62,000 nucleotides of DNA. Origin: Squalus acanthias. Its lineage: Eukaryota. Each line of letters starts with the position of its first letter. The stretch's first letter is position 1. The position numbers and the translations under genes were made by a program. Where the stretch lies: NCBI GenBank assembly GCA_030390025.1, contig JASTWF010000036.1, positions 2,356,001 through 2,418,000 of the forward strand, read 5' to 3'. Below the pieces are notes generated by a model. That model was not told where the DNA came from. It did no database searches and saw only the letters and a list, made by a program, of their open reading frames with translations. Shown here in pieces: positions 49,636-62,000 of this stretch.

Positions 49636-49906
49636 CCACAATGGAAAGGATCACAACCACAAAGTCAAATATATTCCACCCAATTGTGAAATAATAATGC
49701 CTCAGTGCAAAGAGTTTGAGCACACATTCACTTGTGAAGAAAATGATGAAGATGAAGTTGATCCAGTACAGAATGAGTTCACTCTCTTTGCTTTGATCAT
49801 CTGTTTCCACCATCATTGTTACCATGTTGAGGCAGATGAGGATCATGATGGTGATGTCAAAAACCTGTTGCGTGACAAAGTCATAGACTCCACCCTGGAT
49901 TATATT
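49636..49906 (-). CDS. SCN8A: Nav1.6 271-bp exon, DIV S1-S3 ([14 protein letters not shown]...VVILSIV)
   Basis: Lies within ORF 49628-49990. Acceptor tttacag, phase-1 donor G|GTGAG. Confidence 0.96.
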
Positions 49907-50618
49907 CTGTAAAAAAACAAAACACAGAAAAAAAACGATAGTATCTGACAAAAAGAGTATATTCCATCCTGTGTGTTTGAAGTATAGCACCCTGCCATCT
50001 AGGAAAAAATGTCTTTGATTTATTCAGAATATGAAAACCTGCTTCACACCTTCTTCATACAGAGGGAGAGGGATTCATACGCGGGTGCCCCAACATCACC
50101 TAGGAGCTGGGTATAGAAAAAAAGGTGGGACTCAGCGAAATGCCTCATAATAGAATGCACTTGTCCAGCTTTGTAACAACGTGAATTGCTTTGTTGAAGC
50201 AAGTTTAGATCTAGATTCCTGAAACAGAGCCATCTGGTGTACAGGCTGAGCATTTACCTGTACTGTTTATACAGAACCAACCATTTTGAGAACTGAAGGA
50301 GCAGTGACTGAGCCAACTAGGAGGGATATTGGAAATACAGCCAAAAGACTACTTCCTCTTCAGTAATTTAAAGAGCCAGAGAGTTAAAACAAGAGCGTCT
50401 CATTGCTAAATTTACACACAACTTTCACTATTAAGGTTACAAGGATGTAATCTGGAATATTATTAATGTTTACAGGCTGGATAGCCAAGATATCTGTGGT
50501 AATTGTCAGAGGCCTTGTTTCCACTGGTCACGGTCCCGGAAGCAGCTGGTAACCAATCGCTAAATGAGTTAAAACCAAAAACTCCAGTGCATTTCTGACT
50601 GATTCCATCTGTGGTCTA

Positions 50619-52190
<1,572 letters not shown>

Positions 52191-52716
52191 CTAGAATGAT
52201 AAGAAATCATCATTAATATTCTACAGCACAATAGTATTGATGCCGGTAATTAGCTGGTGACTGGCGATAAAAGTTTTTACCCCTTCAAACTTCACGGAAG
52301 CGGCTTTAACAATGTAGGAGATGTGAGAGGTCAGAGGAGATAGTGAGGATGTGGTAGGTTAGGTGGTCTTGTCACAGAGTACTTTTAGATTGGAGAAGAA
52401 CTAGCCTCATACATGCACATTTAACTTAAAAGTGTCTAGATGGTTGACAGATGGCCAGCCTATCTGAATTGCTGTAAATACTCTTTGTTCTTACCTTTAG
52501 ACTAGTTTACTGTGTTAATCGAGTAGGCGCATTTCTGAGGTCTGAACAATACCTATTCTGTGCTCAATTCATTCGAAACAGACATCGACAGAGAGGCAGA
52601 TGAGCAAACAACACATAGCAAGACAGATTTGCATTTTTCTGTCTACATCAATTTCACTGTGATCTTTGGACAAATCAAAGGGAAATATTTCAGTGACGTT
52701 ATTCAACATCAATGTT

Positions 52717-53335
52717 GGGGGGACCAATTTCGGGTCACAATCTCCTGCTCCCGATCTTTCCCGAAAGTGTGTCAGCTGCCAAATTGGAAGCAAGCGACTT
52801 CTAGGTGTGCAGGGTGCCCACCTGAAACAGGCATTTGGTGTCCTGTAAATTCATATCGGAGTCTTAATGCATGTTGTAGGACCCTGATTAAAACTGGTCT
52901 GCAAATGGGCAGAGCTTACGCCACGCGTGCTTGAGAACAGCGTAACCAGAGGTTCTTAAAGGGACCGCTGGAAGCTGCTCAATAAGCGGTCGGAAAACTT
53001 TTTAATAGTTTCATTTCTGTGGAGCCAGGAGGAGCAGGCATGTTGTTCCTGGCTCCACAAAAATACGGTTGGCCACTGCTGGCACAGGTCCGAAACCCTC
53101 TATTCTGCTCCCCCCACCCCCGCCAGAAGCTACCTGCGGGCCAGCTGGAATTGCTCAGGCTTCAGCTGTTGACCACCGTTGAGACACCCAATTGGCTTCT
53201 GCAGCACGACTGTTTAATGCAAATGAGGCCCGTGGCCCAATTTTGATCGGGCCTCAGGCCAACGTTTGCAAGCGCGTGTACCGAACATGGCACTCATTTC
53301 GTGCCGGAAACCAATGCGAATTGAATTTCTCCCCC
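52717..53335. mobile_element. Non-autonomous Harbinger-like element
   Basis: Termini GGGGGGACCAATTTC and GGGGGAGAAATTC (rc). Confidence 0.5.
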
Positions 53336-55113
53336 TACATAACATTTACTGCAGAGCGTATCATCAAAGGTCTGGGAATTCGTAGCTCGTCATTTATTGC
53401 ACAGAATTGTGCCGTTCTGTATGTGCTTATACTTATTAATATTGTTGTGAATAAACTTAGTAACTCAATTTGGAGCATGTAATTAACTTGTGTGGTGTGT
53501 TGGTATTTCTGTCGTTTGGAGTATCTAAGAGTGGAGTGAGGCTGCAGGGTGCACTGATGAACTTGGATCTGTGAGTTTTAAGGGTACAAGTTCTTGAAGA
53601 GGCAGAAATCTGAAAGGCCGCAGTTTCTGGATCTTAGGGGATATGAGGTCTGCTTATGTGAAAAGTGTTCCATTGTCCAGCAGAATACAGCTGTTCAGAG
53701 AGCAATTTGGAAGCGGAGGTATAGTGTAGGAGACAAAGAAAATGCCATTTTGATGACCAAATTGCTTGAGAATCTGGTGGGGGGATTGAGAGACTGTCAG
53801 GAAGGAGGGGCGTTCCTGCCCCCAGGAGTGGCTGGTTCACCAGGCACAACAGGAAATATCGGAGAGAGTGAACACTGTGTTACAAATTTGCCGGACCTGG
53901 AAGGATGTCCAAAAGATGTCAGACCTGAAGAAAGCCACAAAGTTAAGCAATTAATATTAATGTACAATGACATGCATCTGCCATAAATGGAAATTAAAGT
54001 AAGTCAATTCTGACAAGTTCATCTCCTTAAACTGCTTGTCTCTGAAAAAACACATTCTGAGGAAGTTAACAAGTCAAGTGGTGTCATGAGATAACGAAGA
54101 GAATGAATCATTGATTTGAATGTGATGAATTAGTACAGCAAAGATGCAATCGTGAAGGTTACTAGAGAGAAAACCAGTGCAATCAAGGCTTGTAAGTGAA
54201 CCAAGCAAGGTGATGCCAATTTCCTTTAAACATCCAGTATATCACTCAGATTACATTGCTTTGTTACATTTTCAGTGCTCCATGTATTTTCAATGTTTGA
54301 ATTCTGCCCTACTTGCAGAACAAGATAGCATGCAATCACCATTAATAAATATGCGCTGGCCTGTTAAGAGAGATGACAGAGCTCTTTGATAGTTTCAAGG
54401 GGGCCACATTAGAAATCATTGGCAGGGAGAGCATGGAAGACACTGAAGTTAGGGAATGCACCTGACTATATGGCTAGCACCACAATGTTCATATTGTGTA
54501 ATGTTTTCCTACTGAATAATAGTCATGTAGACATACACTCAACTTGAGTAACATATAGAGAATGGCATTCAATGATAGTGTTGCTGCAATTTGGTTAATT
54601 GAACAAAAGTCCTGACACTTTCCTCTCCACAGAAATGGTACATCAGAGTGCGTAAGCAGCCAGTGCCTCGGAGCAAGCCCATACCATACATGTCACAAGC
54701 ACTACTTCATCCAAGAACCAGCACAGATACATACACCCCAGAGAATCTAGTTAGCTGTCTAAAGGGGGAAGCACAGCACAAGTCACAGTGGATGGGTTAA
54801 GTAAAGTAAATGTTATCCACAGAAGGTCGGCTACCTGCTCAGTGGAAGTCTGGCATAGTTACTGGTCCTGCTTTAGCACCTGAAAGTCAAAACTCACAGG
54901 GCCTGCTTACAAATGGAAATTGTTATCTGCACAAGTCACTTGTCTATGTGGAACACATGCTGCAAGCTCTGGGGACAATTGTAGAGGGGTTCACCACCCA
55001 GATCTATGCAGTTATGGATGAAATGTTGTCTGGGATAGTGCGTGTTGCAACACCAGTGTCATCTGCAGTGTTTCACTGAAAACAATTGCATCACTGAAGC
55101 AAGGATTCACAAA

Positions 55114-57860
55114 CTTAGGAACATAGAAAGGCAGGAACAGAAGTAAACTATTCAGCCCCTTGAGTCTGTTCTGCCATTCAATGAGATCATGGCTGATCTG
55201 TATCTCAACTCCATTTACCTACCTTTGCTCCACATCTCTTGATACCCAACAAAAAATGATCAATCTCAGTCTTAAAAATTGCAATTGACTCAAGATCCAC
55301 AGCCTTTTGGGGAAAGTGTTCCAGATTTCCACTACCCTTTGTGAAAAAGTGCTTCCTGATTTCACCCCTGAACGGCCTGGCTCTAATTTTAAGGTTATGC
55401 CCTCCTTGTTCTGGATTCCTCCACCAGAGGAAATAGCTTCTCTCTATTTACTCTATCGAATCCTTTTAACATTTTAAACATCTCAGTTAGATCAACCCTC
55501 TACCTTCTAAACTCAAGGAAATATAACCCAAGTTTATGCAACCTGTCCTCATAATTTAACCCTTAAACCCTGGCATCATTCTGGTGAATCTGTGCTGTAC
55601 CTGCTCCAAGGCCCATATATTCTTCCTGAGGTGCGGTGCCCAGAACTGAACGCGGTGCTCTGGATGACCTCATTTGTTGACCATGCTTGCTCAACTATAC
55701 AAATGAAGCTTTTGCCCTTTTAGGGGTATGTACTGGTTTTGTATTGTACCAATTACTTCTTTGAATACATCCCACTGTCTGTAGGTTTACCCATTAACAG
55801 CACAGCCCAGTTTACTGTGGTCAATTCATTTCTCATCCCTTCGAAGTTTGCCTTAAGTTTAAAACCTCGGTTTGTGATTCTTGATTCGTCCTCTCAAACC
55901 TAATCTCAAATTCAATCATATGGTAACTACTGTATTTGCAAGATGTTCCCGTACCTTCAGATCATGAACTAATCCTGGTTCGTTACTCATCACTAAATTT
56001 AGTAGCGGCTGTTCCCTCGTCAGTTCTAAAACATGTTGGCCTGGAATTTGCGGTGGATAATAACAGTGAACGAACAGCGTTCGCTGTTACTACCCCTTCG
56101 AAACTGACCGCAACTTCAGTGTGTAGTGCATGCGCATCCCAATGCGGAAATCCTGAAGTTGCGGTCATTCACTGCTCCGACACTGACTGCGCTGTGGCAC
56201 CCCCCTCCCCACAGCCGGCAATCAGTGTAATCAGGGAAATCAGTGAAACTGATGAAAACCTTGGCTCTTCCCCGATAATATCGCTGTGAAATACCCCATT
56301 AAAAGGTCGACCCTTTTGGATTAGGTGTAATTGGGGTTTTAACAGCGTGTTGACGGCTAAACAAAGGTTAAGGCCCTGAAAAGCTAATTTTAATTTTGTG
56401 GAGTGTCAAATTTATCCATTTTAATAAAAATAAAAATGTTCAAGAAAATTTAAATAATTTTTAAAATTGTTTTTAAAAGTTTGTTAATCTTTATTTCAGG
56501 TTTACCTTTTCCCCATGTGAGAGCCCCAATCTTTTGTTTTGCTCTCTATAACATTTTTAAAAAGTTAGAATCAACAGAGCTTTCTCACTTCCTGGTTCGC
56601 TGTCTGTGAGAATTCTGCATTGTGATTGGCTGCTTAGACAGCTTGTTGACGTCACAGCAGCTTGCACTATGGGATTCCCACTAACCTACGCTGATTTCAA
56701 CTGCACAATGGAAAAGCCGAACTTCTCGCCACAAAGATTGAGATATCTTTGTGGGAAGCTTACTTCGGGGCCAGCAGCAAACACCTTTGCTTTGCCGCTG
56801 ACCACAAATTACGGGCCATTGTCCGAGAAAACTGTCCCAAATATATTCTCTTTATTACTACTTGAGCTATTCTGCGTCTCTCAGTCAACATGAAAATTAA
56901 AATCTCCCATTATAACCACATTGTTTTTGCTATATGCTTCCCTGATCTCGGTATTTATACATCCCACCACTACTTTACGACTAGCAGAAGGTCTGTAGAC
57001 AACTCCTACCACAGTCTTGCATCCTTTGTTGTTGCTCAACTCTACCCATAGTGTTCCCACTGCCTGGTCACCCTTACTGAATACCCTTCTTTTTACTGCG
57101 ATAATTGTGTCTTTTATCAATATTGCTAATCCCCCTCCTTTCCAATTTCCCTGTCCTTTCTAAAGATTCTATAGCCTGGAACATTTAGCTCCCAATCATA
57201 CCCAGCTTGTAGCCAGGTCTCTCTAATGGCTACTACATCATACCCTTTAAGCTGAATTTGTGCTTCCAACTCATTTGTTTTATTTCTTATGCTACGTGCA
57301 TTTGTGTACGGAACTCTTATCTGGGTAACTTGTCACCACCCTGCCCATATATCCTGATGGGCCTTTTCTCACACTTTTTGATCTACCGTGTGGATTTTCC
57401 CCTCCCGTCCTCCTAACTAGTTTGAATCTTTCCCTATTGTCCTATTTACCCTTTCTGCTAGGATACGGGTGCCTCTCTGGTTTAGGTGAAGGCCATCCTG
57501 TATGTATAGCCATCCCAGGCCCCAAAAGTGGACCCAGTGTCCCAGGAATCTGAAACCCTCCTTTCTACACCAGCCTTACAGCCACGCATTGACAATCCTA
57601 ATTTTTCTCTCCCTCTCTGGTCCAGCGCGTGGCACTGGGAGTAATCCAGAGATTACTACCTTGGAGTTTCTGTTTCTTAATCTAGAATTTAGCTCCTTAA
57701 AATCCCTTTGCAGAACCTTGAATCTACTCCTATCTAGGTCATTGGTTCCCACATGGACCACGACCTCTGGCTACTCACCCTTCCATTCCAGAACCATTTG
57801 TATTCACTCTGTGATGTCCCAAACCTTGACACCTGGGAAGCAACATACCATTCGGGACTC
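55114..57860 (-). mobile_element. Internally deleted CR1 LINE (ORF1 esterase, endonuclease, 3' end), interrupted by a MITE
   Basis: VHVGTND...VVISGLLPVPRA (ORF1 SGNH), VGVVYRP...IMGDFN (APE), and the CR1 3' hairpin near 55130-55200. Confidence 0.85.
56038..56817. mobile_element. Harbinger-type MITE inserted in the CR1
   Basis: TIRs GGCCTGGAATTTGCGGT and GGCCCGTAATTTGTGGT (14/17 match). 3-bp flanks GTT/ATT. Confidence 0.75.
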
Positions 57861-58744
57861 TGGATCTACTCCCCTGACTACAGATATTCATCGATGTCCA
57901 CTATTCTACACTCAGACACATTAGTGGTCCTATTGAGAGAGTGCTCTCCAGCAGGAGCACCCCATCGGCACACAGTCGTTGTGGATCAGGAAGTTAGCTC
58001 TCACGTCGATGCCATAACAAAGCCATCAAGTGCCTTTGCACAAGAGACTGTAAGTGTGCCAGAAAGCATGCAGGTTCAAGCAGCTAAAACAGCATCAGGC
58101 ACAGCTGACTGATGCAGAATCATAGCACTGTGAGATATTGGGCCATCAAAACACTAAGAGGGGTTCAGAGAAACCTCACAGCCATCCAGCATATCTACTC
58201 GTTCTAATAGGGAATCATTCAGCAGTCATAGGTTGGTATCCAATGTCACATTAATGCAACAGGCATAAGGATAAAACACAATGGGACATCACAATGAACA
58301 CATTCACTGCACACACAATTGTACCAATACTTCAAATTGTATAAAGACTTCAACTGTAATGGGTAATTATTTCACTGTGCCCAATAGAAACTAGGCACAC
58401 TTAAGGTCAGACCTCTATAAACTAAAATGTCATCTTCACTAACTACTGCTCCTAGAAGACCCTCAAGGGAACATGACCTCATCAACAGCTATGGTATGAT
58501 ATCTAGATACATCATAGTGGACAAGTGCCTTTTTTAAGGTCCCATCTGCAGGACTTAATGAAAGGCATCAGCTACGAGGTATTGCCATACTGGTCTACCT
58601 TACTGCACTGGATGTTCTGCAACTGGTTGCTCATCTTTACTCTTGGTCTGCTGTGACTTGTGGATGCTTCTCATCTTCCATGGGGAGGCCTCTTTGAAGA
58701 GTTAAGTTATGCAGCATACTGATAATTGTGGACATCATGTGGGG

Positions 58745-59278
58745 ACAAGTAAGGAGTGTGATGAAATACTCTCCACTTGCCTGGATGAGTGCAGCTCCAA
58801 CAACACTCAAGAAGCTCGACACTATCCAGCACAAAGCAGCCCACTTGATTGGCACCCCATCCACCACCTTAAGCATTCACACCCTCCACCACCGGCGCAC
58901 CGTGGCTGCAGTGTGTACCATCTACAAGATGCACTGCAGCAACTCGCCAAGGCTTCCTCGGCAGCACCTCCCAAACCCGCGACCTCTACCACCTAGAAGG
59001 ACAAGGGCAGCAGGTGCATGGGAACACCATCACCTGCAAGTTCCCCTCCAAGTTACACACCATCCTGACTTGGAAGTATATCGCCGATCCTTCATCATCG
59101 ATGGATCAAATCCTGGAACTCCCTCCCTAACAGCGCTGTGGGAGTACCTTCACCACACGGACTGCAGCGGTTCAAGAAAGCGGCTCACCACCACCTTCTC
59201 AAGGGCAATTAGGGATGGGCAATAAATGCTGGCCTTGCCAGCGACGCCCACATCCCATGAACGAATAAAAAAAAAAAA
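58745..59278 (+). mobile_element. Non-LTR retrotransposon 3' fragment, same family as 25876-26620
   Basis: Near-identical sequence with a poly(A) tail. Confidence 0.85.
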
Positions 59279-59792
59279 TCACGTGGGGATTGTACTATAA
59301 CACCACATTCGATATGTCCAAATATCCTGAGCACTGCTTCAAAATACCAACCAAAAGCTCAAGGACAGTCCTTGTGCTTGACTGGAATAACTCCGATGTA
59401 TAGAAGTTCAGCGCCTTGGTGATTTTCACTCGCACGGACAGTACTATTTATCCAGCAGGTCACTCAATTGCAAGCAGGAAGAGAAACCCTGGCTGATTTT
59501 ATGCTTCCCTAGTCCAAGGCATCAAGATGATGTATAGTGCCTCAACTGGTGCCTCGACTAAGATCAGCTGACTCAGCACACACCTGCAATCAAACGCATT
59601 TCTGCTTTGTGTGGCTGAGTGATTTGACCTAATTGGGAAGCTTCATCCCTGGTTTTCTTGCAGGAATACACCTCTGGAATGGAGGAGAGGGGAGAAGAGA
59701 CATTATCTGGTACATGCTTTATACTGGTAACTCAGGATATAATACATGCCCTGTCATTGTGGAAAATTCACAATCCATTTTGTTGCACTTAC

Positions 59793-59846
59793 CCTTCGTG
59801 AATCAACAGCTGCGTACATGATATCCATCCAACCTTTGAAGGTAGC
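59793..59846 (-). CDS. SCN8A: Nav1.6 54-bp exon ATFKGWMDIMYAAVDSRR (DIII P-loop, K of the DEKA filter)
   Basis: Read manually; absent from the ORF track. Acceptor tttcaag, donor GTAAGT. The 54-bp length is typical of Nav genes. Confidence 0.96.
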
Positions 59847-60840
59847 CTTGAAATAGTAAAATAAAGACCCAGTCAATAATATACTGCATTCAACTCTTTT
59901 GCACTATGATGATTACAGAATTTAAAATTTTTCCAATATAGATCACAGTAATGTAAATAGTCTCACATTAAGTTTACCATATTAGTTTCATGTTCAATGA
60001 AATCTACAGGTTTCTTTTATTAAGAAATGTAATTTAAGGGTAAATTCATCAATCCTGCACTGCCAGTGGGAAGCTGGCTTGAAGTGAATGTGGGTTGGAG
60101 AAAGGACAACATTGTAACAATTCTGCAACCCAAGTTCCCTTTGAGTGAGACTCCCTGCTGGGAGTGTGAGATTGGTGGGTTTGCCCTTAAATGTATCTGT
60201 TATTCAAAGCACCACAAGAAGTGCTGAACAAAACGAAAGAACACTCAGCCCATCAAACCTACTCCTTCCACAGATCATGTACAATTTGCTCGGTCAGACA
60301 CTCGACCCAACCCACTTAATTCCTTAAATTAAGGTTCTGCAAAGTTGCACCTTTTTCACTCCACTCCCCTAACTCCTACAGAAGAAAAATCAAGCAAATC
60401 TGAAGGCTACCATATAACAAGTAAAGGTTTGGCAAAGTAGGTTCCTCAAACATTATTGATTTTTTCCCCCATTGTAATACTCTCAGTTTATAGAAGCAAT
60501 ATCATGGGCAGTGCATCTGCAATTTTCAATGAGCCCCCTGCTGCGTGTGAGGCTGGGATGGGCGGCCGGTGCTCTTCTGAAATTGGAATTGAAGCGCGTT
60601 CCTGAGGCAGAGCGTAGGGCACTTCCATCTTCATTGATCCATACATTACCTGACCGAGGACTGCCTGATGCTGGCAATGGGTAGCAGAGATGGAAAGTAT
60701 TCTATTCCCAGGACTACCTTCCCTTACCTTGATGAGACGTTTTACTACGTTAAAGGCGCTATACAAATGGAAGTTGTTGTTGAGCACAAATATTCACACA
60801 AAAAAACGATTAGCAGTAACGAAATACAAAAGAAACTTAC

Positions 60841-61125
60841 CACTTGCAGCAAAGCCAGATATCCAGCACCAACATTATCAAAGTTAATCTTTACATTCTT
60901 CCATCGAATTTTATCATTGGTTGGGCTCATCATATTCTCACAATCTGTCTTGTTGTTTACTTCACTGGGGAGAAACCTATATTCTGATGTTTCATTAAAA
61001 CAGAAATAATACTTTCCAGCAAAAAGGTTCACTCCCATTATGCTGAAAATGAGCCAGAAGATGAGACAGACCAGCAGTACATTCATAATGGAAGGGATGG
61101 CACCCACCAAGGCGTTGACAACAAC
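60841..61125 (-). CDS. SCN8A: Nav1.6 coding exon, domain III S5 and extracellular pore turret ([12 protein letters not shown]...GYLALLQV), 285 bp
   Basis: Translation is a typical Nav DIII S5 segment. Acceptor ...ggtgcag ends at 61126 and donor GTAAG starts at 60840. Phase 0 at both ends. Confidence 0.96.
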
Positions 61126-62000
61126 CTGCACCAGGACGCAGAAAGAAAAAGATATCAGCGTAAAGAGAAACTTCTGTTAGACCATACACCAGGGATTTTA
61201 GGTCAGGGTTTAAGCTGCTGTCGCCTAACTGCATAGTCAAGTACTATACCGTAGGTCTGTTAGCTTTGACTGATTTGTAGTTACAAAACTGCTTGTGTGA
61301 TTGATCCAGGAATCCATACAGATATTTGTGATCCTGCCATTTGATCGTAAAAAAAACTATTGGCGTTATTTTCTTAAATGAGTTAGCTCACATCCTTCTG
61401 CTGCTCAGCTTAAACCCTGTCGTTCCAACTTTACTTGTGAATAAGCGGGCCAATGGTAAAGTTAACAGCTGAGCGTGCAGTCTTACAAGCTGTTTGGAAG
61501 CGGACATTCTGCAGTGGTGATTGAAGTACGCATGCAAGTCACAGAACAGCATCTTTATGCCATTTCCTGCATATTCAAGGGGCTTAACAAGCTCTTTGCA
61601 ATGCATATCGCTAGATAGTAGGCAAAAGCACAGCTGAGTGGAATCAAGCTCCAAAACAAATTACAAAAATATATGGATATTTCACACTTTGTCCTCATTA
61701 AACTGCTATTAAATTGTATTCTGTGACAGCCATTAGAATGTTAAGGATAAAGTGTTAAATAGTTGTTGGATATAGTTTTTTTGTATTATAGTTATTCTCT
61801 CCCAGCTTCCCCTTTCTTGGTCTCTCTGGACCACGCACCATACTCTGGCTGAGAGGTCAGGCAGCAAGCCTGATCCAAGGCCTCTATCCATTGTTGCTCC
61901 ATAACTAGCCACTAGAAGGTGCTCCAGGGCAGCCCTGAGGGTGACTGCCTCCAGATTTCCCCTCCCACTTTACAGGGAACCACCTGATCTTCTAACTTGG

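Noticed and set aside
53530..55100. Possible decayed Myb-type transposon coding sequence, perhaps continuing near 57940-58200
   Set aside because: Compositional resemblance only; no diagnostic motif.
61531..61536. TGCATG RBFOX motif on the SCN8A sense strand
   Set aside because: A single hexamer; the regulated upstream alternative exon is outside the window, so relevance cannot be judged.

Overview
Vertebrate genomic DNA, most likely a cartilaginous fish (shark), judging by its repeats: HE1/V-SINE, SacSINE1/DeuSINE-like SINEs, CR1/HER1, L2, Penelope-like and Harbinger-type elements. The right third holds the last six coding exons and 3' UTR of a voltage-gated sodium channel alpha subunit, SCN8A/Nav1.6, on the minus strand. 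These exons cover DIII S5 to the C-terminus, include an AT-AC intron with U2-type signals, and end at a probable poly(A) site near 43.92 kb. The rest is mostly transposon-derived. It includes a near-intact CR1 LINE (9.8-13.2 kb) inserted in a SINE, a Penelope-like GIY-YIG fragment, and an intron-containing Harbinger Myb/SANT element. There are also many MITEs and SINEs. Most notable: (1) minimal hammerhead-ribozyme motifs in Penelope pseudo-LTRs with a compensatory stem change, two of them in a 153-bp inverted repeat bounded by a 12-bp TSD; (2) Val instead of Ile in the Nav1.6 DIV pore loop, the substitution linked to tetrodotoxin resistance in snakes; (3) a C-terminal ESKL motif; (4) a candidate fidgetin-family (FIGNL2-like) start exon at 13.5 kb. 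Family names and cross-species comparisons are from recall, not from database searches.
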